The notes below the pieces were generated by a model. It did no database searches and was not told the DNA's origin. It worked only from the letters and a program-made list of their open reading frames with translations. Positions 22,841-36,353 of a stretch of DNA of 64,000 bases are shown piece after piece. Made by a program: the position numbers and the translations under genes. Where the stretch lies: positions 33,356,001 to 33,420,000 of the forward strand of contig OX597822.1 of assembly GCA_951406725.2 (NCBI GenBank). Direction: 5' to 3'. The stretch comes from Octopus vulgaris. Lineage: Eukaryota. Numbering within the stretch: position 1 is the first letter of the stretch; each line of letters opens with the position of its first letter.

Positions 22841-25003
22841 CTGAATAAGAGAATAATGAAAAGATTCAATTATTATAATGTGGCCACCACAATCAACAAG
22901 GTCTTTTAAAAGATAAGGAAAGAGAGCGAAACATTATATCCCCACCACCACCACACCACTTAATCCATTTGTAATTATTAGTCTTTTACTCATAGAAGAA
23001 ATCTCATTTTGACAGAGGTGGTAGGGTAAAGGACAAGAATATTCTTCAGTACTTAGCTACATTTGATCATGTTCTTATTTCTTTATTGCCCACAGGGGGC
23101 TAAACACAGACAGGACAAACAAGGACAGACAAAGGGATTAAGTCGATTACATCAACCTCAGTGCGTAACTGGTACTTAATTTATCAACCCCGAAAGGATG
23201 AAAGGCAAAGTCGACCTCGGCTGGATTTGAACTCAGAACGTAAAGGCAGACGAAATACGGCTACGCATTTCGCCTGGCGTGGTAACAGTTCTGCCAGCTT
23301 GCCGTTTTGTATTCAGAACACTAGAACACTTGATCATGTTCTGAGTACAAGACCTCTAAAGGTTGAATTTTCCTTTTTTTTTTTTTTTTCACATTTCTAG
23401 GAGGTTTGATAAAATAAGGTCAAGGACAGGGGTTCGTAAATTAGCTACTGCCCTACCCAAGCATATGTGACTTTGCATCTCTGCGAGAAATCTATGATCA
23501 AGCTGCGATCCTAAATCAAATGCATAATAAAGATGCATGTTTCACGTCTGTAACATTGCCAAGTACTAAATGCCAGCCTGTGTGCACACTTAGTGGTTAG
23601 AGTGTTTGGCTCATGATTACTAGGCCATGAGTTTGATTCCCAATGCCACCTTGTGATCTTGAGGAAAGCACCTTTATTCCACTTGACTCCAGTCCACTCA
23701 GCTGGCAAAAACATGTTGTATCTATAATTCAAAGGACCACTCTTGTCACATTTTGTGTCATACCGAATCCCCAATAAAAAGGGTACATGTCTGTGGAATG
23801 CTCAGTCACTTGCACATCAATTTCATGGGCAGACTGGACCCCTTGTCATCATAACCAATAGAACACCAGGTTTTTTTTCTATATCTACCAGCTGGACCAT
23901 GTGGACCATTGAAAGTCAACCCTCACATTCTAGGAATGGTTACTGAAGAATATAAACAACAATGACTTGAGTGTTGTTACGTGCATCAAAAAGGACAGTC
24001 TCAGTAGTCTCTTGTGAAGGACATTCAAGCTTAGGAATTGTGGACAATTTCTAAGTGTCCTTGGAGATTTGTCTGTTCAACATAAAATCTACAGTCATGT
24101 CTGTGAGGAGCTTTCAGCAACCAAATTCATTCATAATGAAACTGTCCTACATGCATTCATCAGTTGTTCATGTATTACTAATTTATGGGGTAACATGAAT
24201 GAGCTATCACCACATGTGTGACAAATCCAGCTATCAGCCGGGCGAAATGCTTAGCGATATTTCGTCTGCCGCTACCTTCTGAGTTCAAATTCTGCCAAGG
24301 TCGACTTTGCATTTCATCCTTTCAGGGTCAAGTAAATAAGTACCAGTTACACACTGGGGTTGATATAATCAATTTAATCCGTTTGTCTGTCCTTGTTTTC
24401 CCCCTCTGTGTGTACCCCCTTGTGGTCAGTAAAGAAATAAGAAACCACCCAACCCATGCCAGAATGGACAAGAGATGTTAAATGATGATGATGATAACGA
24501 TGAGACATGCTGCTGTCCTTCTATCATCCTTTCTTATCCTTCAATACTAAACCTACTCAGCTGATGGTGACTTGTCTTGTGCGTACTTGTTGACCTCACC
24601 AGTGTTGGTACCATGACAAAAAGCACCCACTGCACTTTGTGAAGTGGTTGGTGGCAGGAAGGGAATCAAGCTGTAAAAACCATAACAGAGCAGACATTAT
24701 AACTTGGCACAGCTCCCCTCATTCTATTCATATTGAACCATCCGATGCACACCATAATGGAAAAAGGATGTTGATGATGATGATGATAATGATGATGAGG
24801 AGGGGGAAGAAGAAAAAAAAAATTTAAGGGCTGCCAATTGGCAGACTCATCAAAGCACCAGACAAAAATGCCTTGTGGTATGTAGTTACGGCCCTTCACT
24901 TCCCGAGTTCAAATCTTGCTCTTCAATTTTGCCACTTATTTTCTGGATCAATAAAAAGCATCAGTTAAAGGCTGAAGCTGGTTTAATCAATTATAACTTC
25001 CAC

Positions 25004-25043
<40 letters not shown>

Positions 25044-25246
25044 GTCATTGTCTGCCAATATTACAAATCAACATGATTAGAGTCCTCAATATACACATAA
25101 ATATTTAGGGAACCTTGCCAACACTCTTTACTTCGCAGATAAATCAATAACTGATTCCATCTGAGACTGGCTGAAAAGAGGAAATATTACCAAAATGCGA
25201 CAGAAGGAAAACGTCTACAAATAAACAAATGGTAATTCCAACTTAC

Positions 25247-25333
25247 TTCTCTCTCCGGGGAATTTTGCCAACATCTGGAATCACAGTCATATCTTTGCAT
25301 TCTATACGGAATTTGCTTAGCAACGTTGCAAGT
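25247..25333 (-). CDS. SLC12A2: SLC12A/NKCC exon, 87 nt
   Basis: Acceptor catttag and donor gtaagt. Translates LATLLSKFRIECKDMTVIPDVGKIPRRE(K), matching the NKCC 'MATLLSKFRID' motif. Confidence 0.95.
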
Positions 25334-26417
25334 CTAAATGAATAAAAATAAAAATAAATAGAAATAAAAGAATCACTTGAATTCAACAAAATGTGTGGAA
25401 TGATGGACAAAAAAATAGAAATGTGGGTATTTAGTTGCATCTCTTTACAATTTGAGTTCAAATCCTGTGATATTCATGCTTTTAAAAAAAGCACTTAAAA
25501 AATTTAACCCTTTTGTTACCATGTAGGTGCAGGTGAGTTTGGATGGTAAGAAACGTGCTTTCTGAGACAAGCTGGCAGAAATGTTAGCATGCTAGTCAAA
25601 ATACTTAGCGGTATTTCGTCTGCCGTTACGTTCCGAGTTTAAATTCCGCCGAGGTCGACTTTGCCTTTCATCCTTTCGGGGTCGATAAATTAAGTACCAG
25701 TTACACACTGGGGTCGATGTAATCAACTTAGTCCCCTTTTCTGTCCTTGTTTGTCCCCTCTATGTTTAGCCCTTTGTGGAAAATAAAGGAATAAGAAATG
25801 TGCTTCCTGATCACATGGTTCCATTTTCAGTTCCATTATGCAGCATCTTGAGCAATTGTCTTCTATAGCCTAAGGATAACCAAAGCCTTGTGAGTGGACC
25901 TGACAGATGGAAACTGAAAGAATCCCATCACACACACACACACATATATAGTGAAGACATATGGCCTAATGGTTAGACTGTTGCACTTACAATTGGTAGA
26001 TCACGGGTTTGATTCCCAGGTCTTGAAGGACATTGTGCTCTTGAACAAAACCCTTCATTTTACATTGCTCCATTCCTCCTTCTCAATCAGTGGTGAATGT
26101 TGGCTTGCTCACCTAACCATCAGGATGGCATCATTCAAGACTAAAATGATGCAAAGCACATTGTTACCAGCGATGTGTAACAACACCTGATAGTCTGGTC
26201 AGCCAAGTGATCACATGGTCATGTGTGTGTGTGTGTGTGTGCGTGTGCATGGGCATGCACATAATTGTCTGTCTGTCCCCTACCACCACTTGACAACTGG
26301 TGTTGGTGTGTTCATGTCCTCGTAGCTTGGCAGTTCAGCAAGAGACCAATAAAATAAGTATGAGGCATAAAAAAATAAAACAAGTACTAGGGTCGATTCA
26401 TTCGACTAACAAATTAT

Positions 26418-26580
26418 AGGCACAGGAGTGGCTGTGTGGTAAGTAGCTTGCTTACAAACTACATGGTTCCTAGTTCAGTCCCACTATGTGGCACCTTGGG
26501 CAAGTGTCTTCTACTATAGCCTTGGGCCGACCAAAGCCTTGTGAGTGGATTTGGTAGACAGAAACTGAAAGAAACCCGTC

Positions 26581-26638
<58 letters not shown>

Positions 26639-26850
26639 GTGTGTTTGTATGTGTCTGTGTTTGTCCCCGCCAACATCGCTTGACAACTGATGCTGGTGTG
26701 TTTACGTCCCTGTAACTCAGCGGTTCGGCAAAAGAGACTGACAGAATAGGTACTAGGCTTACAAAGAATAAGTCCTGGGGTCGATTTGCTCGACTAAAGG
26801 CGGTGCTCCAGCATGGCCACAGTCATATGACTGAAACAAGTAAAAGAGAG
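26418..26850 (+). mobile_element. SINE family A, full length, nested in an older family-A copy (26220-26920)
   Basis: Complete head to tail. The older copy's tail resumes at about 26855 (aagcagtgcccccagaatggccacagtcaaatgactgaaac). Confidence 0.88.
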
Positions 26851-27582
26851 TAATTCTTCAAAGCAGTGCCCCCAGAATGGCCACAGTCAAATGACTGAAA
26901 CAAGTAAAAGATAAAAGATAAGCCCCAGGACTCTTAAGGTCAGAGCTTAGCCAGGTTTCCACAGCATACAGGTTACTGGGATTAAAATATCCCTGACACT
27001 GCTAAACATGGAACTGGTCCATCACAAGCTCAACTTTCCAACGACTACTACTAGACCTCATTTATATTTGAGTGGATTGAAGCGACATGAAATGAAGTGT
27101 TTTGTCCAAGAACACAAAACACCATCCAGGAATTGAAACTATGACCTTATAATCATGAGTGAAACACACTAACCTAGTGGTCACTAGTTTATCACAGAAT
27201 CAACTTTGCAGCATCTGCTAGAACTCATTTACAACTCAGTAGATTGAAGCAACATGGAATGAAGTGTTTTGCCCAAGAACATAATACACTACCCAGTCCA
27301 GAAATTGAAACCATAATCTTATTATCATGAGTGCATCTAACCACTAGGCCATGTGCCATCATTTTTGTTATAGAAAATAATGAAGAATTTAAATGTGCAG
27401 ACTCCAATTGTCTGTTGTGGCATGGTTTCTACAGCTGGATGCCCTTCCTAACACCAACCACTTTACAGAGTGTACTATGTGTTTTCTACATGCCACCAGC
27501 ACAAGTGTATTTTATGTGGCACTGACACCTGCATGTACGGATGACGGCAATTTTACTCAGCTTGATGCGTCTTCTCAAGTAC

Positions 27583-28035
27583 ATCAAATCTCGAAAGAGT
27601 CCAGAAGCTGGCTACCCACATGGTTCTTGGTCTCAAGCATTTGTCTTATGAAGAAAGGCTGAAGACGCTCGACCTTTATTCTCTCGAAAAACGACGATGC
27701 CGTGCTGATGTCATTCTTGCTCACAACATCATAAGCGGAAAGTGTAACCTCTTGAAAGAGCTGTTCTTCACTCCTGCTCCAGAGCGTGGGCAGTGGGGTC
27801 ACTCGAAAAGCTCTATCTATGACGATTTCATCTCAATCGAAGGAGAGGGGCTTTCTCCGTCCGGGTTGAGGATCCGTGGAATAAGCTGCCAGATGAGATA
27901 GTGAAGATGCCAATGACTGCTCGGTTCAAAATCTCTCTTGACCGGAAATGGCCTGAACTCTTTGTATGACCATCCTCCCTGTACATAACTCCCTGCTTTC
28001 GCCTTTTGAGCCAATAAAATAAAATAAAATAAAAT
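27583..28035 (+). mobile_element. CR1-clade LINE 3' end (frameshifted)
   Basis: Translates LERVQKLATHMVLGLKHLSYEERLKTLDLYSLEKRRCRADVILAHNII...GHSK, then after a frameshift RRGAFSVRVEDPWNKLPDEIV...FKISLDRKWPELFV*. Ends in an (aaaat)n tail. Confidence 0.9.
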
Positions 28036-28140
28036 TAAATCACTATAACTCCCGGTCCCTTGTAATTTCCTCAAAAACGTTTTAAGACACATGCAGAAAG
28101 TAAATAGAATATACTGGAAAGTTTTAGGCTGTTGACTTAC

Positions 28141-28255
28141 TGTCGCTGTTCACGATCCAGTTCTCCCTTCTTGGTCCCAGCAGTAAATACCCGTAACTTG
28201 TTTTTATTCCAGTTAGATTCCAGGGAAATCAAGTATGGAATCAACAGAGTCAGAC
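28141..28255 (-). CDS. SLC12A2: SLC12A/NKCC exon, 115 nt
   Basis: Acceptor ttttaccag and donor gtaagt. Translates (G)LTLLIPYLISLESNWNKNKLRVFTAGTKKGELDREQR(Q), continuing the DDGG-LTLLIPY motif in phase with both neighbours. Confidence 0.95.
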
Positions 28256-28814
28256 CTGGTAAAAGAAAGAAGAGAAATGTTAGCCACAAACATCCATGAG
28301 GGAAGAAATACTAAAGCAACTAAGAGAGTTGCAGAGAAAAACAAAAAAAGATAAATGCATGATAGGTAGGGACTCTTGCAATCCACTGTTAGGGGAAGAA
28401 AAAACTAGGTACAGTGGGAGTGGTGAGGTGGGGTGTGTTATATGGATCAGGTGTTTTTATATCTGGTACTTATTTAGCAGTCTCATTTGCTGAACCATTA
28501 AGTTATGGGAATGTAAACAAACCAAATCAGTCGTACAATAGTGGGAAAGGGAGACAAATATACAAAAACACACAAATATATATGTGTGTGTGTGTATCAT
28601 CAGCATCAGTATTATCATCATCGTTTAACATCCACACTCAAATGGTGTTTTTTAAGTGTCACCAGCACAGGAGCCAGTCCAGCGGCACTAGTAATGACCT
28701 TGCTTGAATGTTTTGTTCAAGTGCCAGTAAGGTGACGCTGGTAACAATCATGCTCGAATGGTGCTTTTTATGTACTACCAGCACGGAAGCCAGTTGGGTG
28801 CTCTGGCAACGATC

Positions 28815-28845
<31 letters not shown>

Positions 28846-29019
28846 AAATACAAAATGGGATAAGAATGCAAAACATCCAGACAGTTAGGTGATAGAAAAA
28901 AGAGGACAACAAAACATCCAGAGAGACAATACAAAGAAAACAAGGACGGGTCATTCGGAGTTTTCTTTCCTCAGTTGAGTTCCAGATTATCTTTGCAATT
29001 TCAGCTGGTTTTGATCTCT

Positions 29020-29067
<48 letters not shown>

Positions 29068-29069
<2 letters not shown>

Positions 29070-29228
29070 ATATTTTAACGTGTATAAGGAACCATTTTTT
29101 GTCAAAAATTAGGCTAAAAAAATATGGGAGTTTCTTATACATGAATAGTATTATAATCCCCTACAAAACCTTTTTCCAAATTTTAAGCCCCGAAAAGTAG
29201 GGGCTTCCTTATAAGTGCTAAAATACAA
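29068..29228. mobile_element. Small Tc1/mariner-superfamily MITE, decayed
   Basis: ta|ccatattttaacgtgtataagg ... ccttataagtgctaaaatacaa|ta: imperfect TIRs with TA flanks. Confidence 0.55.
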
Positions 29229-29256
29229 TATAAGTGTGTGTGTATACATACACATG

Positions 29257-29287
<31 letters not shown>

Positions 29288-30181
29288 CATCATCATCATC
29301 ATCATCATCATTTAACGTCTGCTTTCCATGCTAGCATGGGTTGGACGGTTCAACTGGGGTCTGGGGAGCCCGAAGGCTGCACCAGGCCAGTCAGACATAC
29401 ATATATGTACAAAAATACATTATATACATATATATATATGTATGTATGTATGTATGTATATACATACACATGTATGCATACATACATGCATACATATATA
29501 CACACACATAACAGGCTTCCACACAGTTTCTGTAGACAAGTTCACTCAGAAGGCTTTAGTCAGCTTGAGACTATAGCAGAGGACACTCACTCAAGGTACT
29601 GGGTAGTGGGACTGAATCTAAAACCATGTAGTCACAAAGTGATCTTCTTAACCACATAACCAAGCAAAAAAAAAAGGGGTGAGAAAGGGGATAAAAAATA
29701 TCTGTCTCTTATAATGATAACTGTTACAAATTACAAACATTCAATGATACCAAACGATTTTCTGTAACATTGGCTTTTATGTAGAGCCAGGAGAGAAATC
29801 TATATTTTAGTAGTGATTTCGGAGAGACAGAGACAAAAAGACAAATTCTGGATACAGAGAGATGGGGGAAGGCAAGCAGAGAGGCAGGTTGGCAGACAAG
29901 CAGGTGGACAGATAGAAATATCACACACACACATACAAAGATGGATGGATGGATACATGGATGGATGAATAGATGTATGTGTGTATTGATTGATTGATTG
30001 AGTGAGTGAGTGAGACTGATGTAAATACTAAGACAGATGTATTGACAAACAGTCATACGTAACGGCAGGCAAACAGGAAGGAAGACATAAACGCTCATAG
30101 AGAGAGACAAAAAGAGATATACTGAGAAGCATTTGGAGACAGACATATACCAACAGACATATATATGTAATGATCATTTAT

Positions 30182-30517
30182 GAAGGTGCATGGCTCAGTG
30201 GTTAGAGCGTCAAGCTTACGATCATGAGGTTATGAGTTCAAATCCCGGACCAGGCTGCGTGTTGTGTTCTTGAGCAAGATACTTTATTTCACACTGCTCC
30301 AGTTCTCTCATCTGTAGAAAGGAGTTGCGACGTCACATGTGCCAAGCTGTATCAGCCCTTACCTTTCCCTTGGATAACATCGGTGGTGTGGAGAGGGGAG
30401 GCCAGTATGCATGGGCGACTGCTGGTCTTCCATAAACAACCTTGCCTGGATTTGTACCTGGGTGGGTAACTTCCTAGGTACAATCCGATGGTCAGTCATG
30501 ACACAAAGGGGGTCTCT
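30182..30517 (+). mobile_element. CORE-type SINE, family C, full length
   Basis: tRNA-like head ggtgcatggctcagtggttagagcg...gagttcaaatccc, core tgttcttgagcaagatacttta, tail ...gtcatgacacaaagggggtct. Confidence 0.85.
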
Positions 30518-30563
30518 GCAATCATCATTTAATGTCCACCTTCCACGCTGGCATGGATTGGAC

Positions 30564-30606
<43 letters not shown>

Positions 30607-31164
30607 ATAATAAACAATTTAGAGAAATATGTATAAGCTGATTAGTGTGTTTAAATGCTGAACAGAGCACCAACACAGTTTAGGTTACCTGTTGTCATCC
30701 ACAGAGAAGATAAAACAAATACATGCATGAAAGGTAGGGACTCGTACAATCCAATGTTTAGGGAAGAAAGAACTAGGCACTAAAAATCTCTAGCGAGACA
30801 TCTTTATCAATGTACCTGCAGAAACCCAGACTGATGGGTTGAAACATATGTTGTATCTAATAAAGGCCTAATATGAAATCCATCTCCTCTTATTTATATA
30901 TATATATATATACTGATAGATGGGCAAAAACAGACACACACTGACAGATAGCGAGATAGTCAGACATAAATATTAACAGACATACATAAAGAGCACACAG
31001 ATTTACATATAGAGACAGGCAGACATATATACAGCCATAGAGACAGACATACAGAGGGCAACAGAGTTGCATATACAGACAGACAGGCAAAGGAAAACAT
31101 AGATAGAGAGATAAGCAGACACAGAGAGACAAGCAGGTAGCAACAGATTTGCATGACAGCCATG

Positions 31165-31575
31165 CATCATAGTCATGGTGAATGACGGTGCCATGTAAAT
31201 TGGCACCTGGGAATCGTGGTCATTGGTGGTGCCGAGTAAATGGCACCCATCAGCCATGGTCGCTGCCGGTGCCATGTAAATGATACCCATGCATCGTAGC
31301 CATGGTTGTTGCTTGTGCCATGTAAATGGCACCCACCCATGAATCATAGACATGGTCATTGATGGTGCCATGTGAATGGCACCCACCCATGAATGGTAGT
31401 CATAGTCTTTGCTGGCGACATGTAAATGGTACGTAAAAGCACCCATTACACTCCTGGAGTGGTTGGTATTAGGAAGGGCATCCAGCTGTAGAAACCATGC
31501 CAAATCAGACTGGAACCTTGTGCAGCTCTCCAGCTCATCAGATCCTGTCAAGCCATCGGACCCATGCAAGCATAG
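31165..31575 (+). mobile_element. Family D retro-element fragment with internal tandem hairpin units
   Basis: Six 40-50-bp units of ggtgccatgtaaatggcacc, then the family tail aaaagcacccattacact..gagtggttggtattaggaagggcatccagctgtagaaac...cccatgcaagcat. The tail recurs at about 24610, 27400, 32720, 41800, 49230, 53050, 53390 and 57480. Confidence 0.7.
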
Positions 31576-32086
31576 ATAGCAGAAGGCCAAGGTTGTTTAT
31601 GGAAGACCGCAAGAGTGGCTGTGTGGTAAGTAGCTTGCTTACCAACCACATGGTTCCGGATTCAGTCCCAACTGCGTGGCACCTTGGGCAAGTGTCTTCT
31701 ACTATAGCATCAGGCTGACCAAAGACTTGTAAGTGGATTTGGGAGACGGAAACTGAAAGAAACCCATCGTATATAAGTATATGTGTATATGTTTGTGTGT
31801 CTGTGTTTTTTCCCCCAACATTGCTTGACAACCGATGCTGGTGTGTTTATGTCCCCGTAACTTTGCTCGAGTAAAGGCGGTGCTCCAGCATGGCTGCAGT
31901 CAAATGACTGAAACATGATGAAGATGAGAGAGGGACAGGCAGAAACAGACAAATATATGTACTGACAAACAGAAAGACAGAAAAAAAGACAAAGACAGAG
32001 GTAGACAAATAATGAGAAACAGACAAACAGACATAGATATACACACACAAATAAGAACAGAAAGACAGGCAGACATATGTGAATAC

Positions 32087-32332
32087 CTCCATCATCAAAG
32101 AGCCACCAAACATCAATGGTGCCCTTCTTCTGCTTTTCATTAAACCGGTTCATCATTTTGAGGGTTTCCTCAGAAAAGTTATCTGGCTTCACAATACTCT
32201 CATGGATGACGTCTGGTGTGGCTATAATATCATCCATGCCCTGAAGCAGGGTACTGTCAAAGATACTTGGACGGCGTTCTGGAGTTTTCGGTTCCTCAAT
32301 ATCATCGTCATCATAACGTTGCGGCGCTGGCT
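32087..32332 (-). CDS. SLC12A2: SLC12A (NKCC-type Na-K-2Cl cotransporter) exon, 246 nt, phase 1 to phase 1; most 5' confidently identified exon in the window
   Basis: Acceptor ttttatttcag and donor g|gtattc. Translates (E)PAPQRYDDDDIEEPKTPERRPSIFDSTLLQGMDD...RFNEKQKKGTIDVWWLFDDGG. TIDVWWLFDDGG is the hallmark of the NKCC/NCC C-terminal cytosolic domain. The symbol means NKCC1-like; one-to-one orthology is not tested. Confidence 0.93.
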
Positions 32333-33949
32333 CTGAAATAAAAGAGGAATGGGTTAAATCGAAACAAAACAAAATAAAATGAAATAAAATAGAGCAAAAC
32401 ATGCTAAATTTTAAAAAGTAAAACACTGCACCCTGGGTAATATAAACATGTGTTTCACGATCACCACCACCACCACCAGCACCTCCACCACCACTACTAT
32501 CACCAATAGAAAGAATGAAACCATCCAAGTAGTAAATTTCTATATATATTTTGGTGTTGCACTTGATCAGTTGGTAAACAACAGATTAACACATTCAAAC
32601 GAATATAGCAAGAGTCTTCATTTGACAGATCTCGTGTTTACACTTTTTATTGATATACACTGCCACCACCACCACCATACCACCAACACCAACATCACCA
32701 TCGTCATTAAAGTTCAAGCTCCATGCTGGCACAAGCTGGACAGTTTGACAGGGTCCAGTAGGCTCAAGAACTGCATTGTGCTCCAGTGTCTTCTTTGAAA
32801 TAGTTTCTACAACTGGATACCCTTCCTAACACCAACCACTTTACAGCCTGTATTTGGTGCTTTCTTCATGCCACCAGCTCCAGTGAGATCACTATGCAGT
32901 TTACAAGACAAAGAACCCCAAGAGAGTGGCTTTATGCTACAAGATGCATAAGACCAGAATAGAACAGAATGGAAGGGATCATAGAAGAGACCAGAATAGA
33001 ACAGATTCCTTGGTGTTGAGGAGCTACATGACAGCTCACGTTTTAGAAGAGAATTGTTCAGCGTTTAACTGAGATATGGCAAAAATAGTGCTTGAATAGG
33101 AATTGAACATGGAAACCATGTATTTTTCAAAAACAAACTTCATATCAACACGACATGTACAAGTCTGTACCCTTTGAGCTTAGGTTCCTAATGACTTGTT
33201 GGAAAAACATACGCAAAAAAAGAATAGCCAAAAAATAAGTAGAAATAGAGAGAAAAAAAAAGAAAGAAAATAAATTACTTCTAACAATATACACAAATAT
33301 CTATCTATCAGTGTTTATTTGTGTTACGTGATAAAATATATTTGCATCAATGTCTACAGGAAACTACTCTGCTCCTCCAACATACTATCATGCAACAGTC
33401 CAATAAATACATACACAGGTATATAAATAGAGCGAGCCAGTGATACAGTGGTTCTTGATAAATGTGTATAACACGGTATAACTTGATTTAGTAAGGAAAA
33501 TCGACAGCAGTAGCTGGCTGGATTGATGAGATGTTGATCTATTTATTGGACAAACAACACTTTGCAATCCATCACCAGGAATGCTTTTTGTTGTTTTGTC
33601 ACTGACCTTAGCAGCTGCCTGAATCAATGAGAAAATGTTGTTGTTGATATGATTCTTGATGTTATTGCTGAGTCCCGGGTCAGCTCTGGTGAAGCAGGTC
33701 TTATATCAAAGCAGAAATAATTCCATCTTTTATCTATTAATTTAAGGCGCATGCATGGCTGTGTGGTAAGAAGTTTGCTTCTTCACAACCATGTGGTTTC
33801 AGGTTCAATTCCACTGAATGAAACCTTGGGAGATTGGTTGCTATCTACAAGAGGTTGGGCAAGCATGTTAATTTACTGTCTGGGTTTTGTCAGTTGGTCA
33901 TTGGCCAAGATATGTAACTGTCATTCACACACCACCTAAGTCCACCTAG

Positions 33950-33980
<31 letters not shown>

Positions 33981-33986
<6 letters not shown>

Positions 33987-34179
33987 TTATAATTTAGGGT
34001 ATCTAAAAGATACCTCCATGCTGGAAATAGCAGCCAAAACTTGACTCTAAAACCACATTAAATGTCTAAACATTTATTTTATGAGGTTTTAGAGTCAAGT
34101 TTTGGCTGTATTTCCATACCCTAAATTATAATTTAGATACTCTAAATTATAATTTAGATACCCTAAATTATAATTTTAA
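33981..34179. repeat. Fold-back element with nested inverted arms and a 21-bp tandem triplication
   Basis: ttaaaattataatttagggtatctaaa pairs with tttagataccctaaattataattttaa. tggaaatagcagccaaaacttgactctaaaacc pairs with ggttttagagtcaagttttggctgtatttcca. Confidence 0.8.
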
Positions 34180-34262
34180 TAATAATTATCACCTTTGAAG
34201 GTTTTTATTCCATGCTGACCACTTGATAAGGTCGATATTTAAATTAACGATCTTATCCTTAC

Positions 34263-34311
<49 letters not shown>

Positions 34312-34408
34312 ATATAAATAATCAATAGATTACCAATGTAACTAGTGGTGTGATGTATAAGTGTCAGGTGCTTCGTAAAATTGCATTACTGAAGGAAAAT
34401 ATTCCTGC

Positions 34409-34636
34409 TTAACCTTTCTGCTTTTAGATTTATTCATTAAATGTATTGCTTATCTTTGCAAATTGTTTTGAATTATTCACACATTACCTTGTGGCTTCAA
34501 AATTTCAATGGTATGTTTGTATATTTTTAGAATGACATTGTAGTGTAGGTGTGAGAAGTGGGATCCGGTCAGTTTTAACATACAACAGGTAGAATATTTG
34601 GGCCAGTTACAACCAGGTGAAATGCTAAGGGGTTAA
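34409..34636. mobile_element. piggyBac-like MITE
   Basis: TTAA at both ends; right end aatgctaagggg|ttaa. Same family as 50800-51026. Confidence 0.75.
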
Positions 34637-34949
34637 AGAGGGTAGGTACCAAGAAATCACTGCAGAATATTGTACCTGGTATGATATGGGAACTACAGGA
34701 TCTCTACAGGGATCTCTATGCAGTCACATGAATCACTAGAAATAGTAGCTAAGTCTTTCTCCAATCACACTGTCTTGTCCTTAAATAAAAGAGGAATGAC
34801 ATATTGGATTTCTGTAAATCTGAGATATGATCAAAATGAGGAGATGGTCATGGATGGAATGTCACTGATGACAGGTCAGCATTAGCAGAGCTGACTTGGA
34901 GCTAAACAAGCACAATGTGAAGACTATAGTTTCATTGTCTCATCACAAG

Positions 34950-35352
34950 GGCCAGCCCTTGTTGTGATGTGGTGGCTTCAATACCTCTGTGACCCTGAGA
35001 GCTATACCAGTAGAGTACAAGCTCCTGGTAAGGTCTGTCATGCTGGACAGTTCAAAGGATAAAGGCCAGACTTAATATAGCCCACCTCTTCCCAGGGGTT
35101 AAAACAGGTTTGTATAGGGTCAACATAACCTACCTAGAGACAAGCTAAGTTGCAGAAGCATGAATGAAAATTCTAAGTTAGCAAGACCTGGTTGAGGAAA
35201 GTCTTCTCTCAAGGAAACGCACACAAGATATAAAGGCAGAGCTGGAAAAGTAGGGATCCAACTAGAGTGAAGCAGAGAAGACAGTCCACAGTCAAGAACA
35301 ACAGAGAAAAGTCACTGATGGCCTATGCTCCATGGGGAGCAAAGGGTTTAAG
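34950..35352 (+). mobile_element. RTE-derived non-autonomous retroelement (5' and 3' ends joined)
   Basis: The 5' part ccttgttgtgatgtggtggcttc...gaccctgagagctatacc...gctcctggtaaggtc resembles RTE 5' ends. The 3' part gatggcctatgctccatggggagcaaagggtttaag resembles RTE tails. Recognised from memory only. Confidence 0.5.
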
Positions 35353-35883
35353 GAAGGACTTCACTGTCACTCAACAAACCCAGTTAGATAAAAAAAAAAA
35401 AATCCTCCTAAATATCATCATCATCAGCAGCAGCAGTGGCACTGTGCCTGGTGGGTTGAGGTGGCACTTTATTTGCCCAAACCTACAAAGCTGGAAAAAA
35501 AAAAGACACCTACTCCATTTCATATTAATAATGGTTAGTTGTGTACAATTATATTTAGCACTAGCTGACCCCATGCCATCAATAATGATGGCTAATTGTA
35601 GTATCTTATATATAAGTAAGGTACAAAATAAGGTACATAATAATCACACATACAAACATTCACATACTTCCCTTGCACACACACACTCATATACTCACAC
35701 AGAGTTGAAACACTGATTTTTTTCACCCCTTCCTTCCTCATTCATCTATTACTCCTTCCTTTCTTTCATTGCTATTACTTTCTCTCACTACATCTCAGCC
35801 AGGGCTATTACTCTCACTACTTCTCCTTCACTGAATTACTATTTTCTCTTCTCCTCTGCATCTGCCATGATTCTGAATATATA

Positions 35884-35965
<82 letters not shown>

Positions 35966-35973
35966 CATATATA

Positions 35974-36353
35974 TGATGGCTTCCCCCTCGTAATCGAGTA
36001 TGGCCATTGCACGAAGCTTAATCAATGTTGTTATCATGCAATGCCTGTGCAAGAAGATTTTTTTTTAAAGTGAGGAAAGGCTGTGCACTGAGTCAATCCC
36101 ACTCACTAAGCAACAGCAGCCATAATCCGAAAAGAACAAGTCAACATCATCGGTAACCACTGAGCCGCAGGTTTTATGTCAGAGTTATCCCAGTTACCTA
36201 AGTTACCTTCTCCTAACAAAGGCTAGGAGTCCTTCACTCCCAATGGTTTAACCGCGCGATCGAGTACTCAGTCCAATTATTTCTATGTCCCCGCACATGA
36301 TACAGCCTTAAGACATTTATTGGATGGCCGTTGACTCTCAAGAGTTCCTCTGC

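Noticed and set aside
31187-31445. CRISPR-like palindromic repeats with spacers
   Set aside because: The linkers are homologous to each other and the array is part of a multi-copy retro-element.
31710-32528. 272-aa ORF as a stand-alone gene
   Set aside because: Only 32087-32332 is exon. The flanks are intronic low-complexity and SINE sequence read through in frame.
33607-33618. 12-nt candidate microexons here and at 37742-37753
   Set aside because: Both contain a stop codon in phase 1, the phase required by exon 32332.
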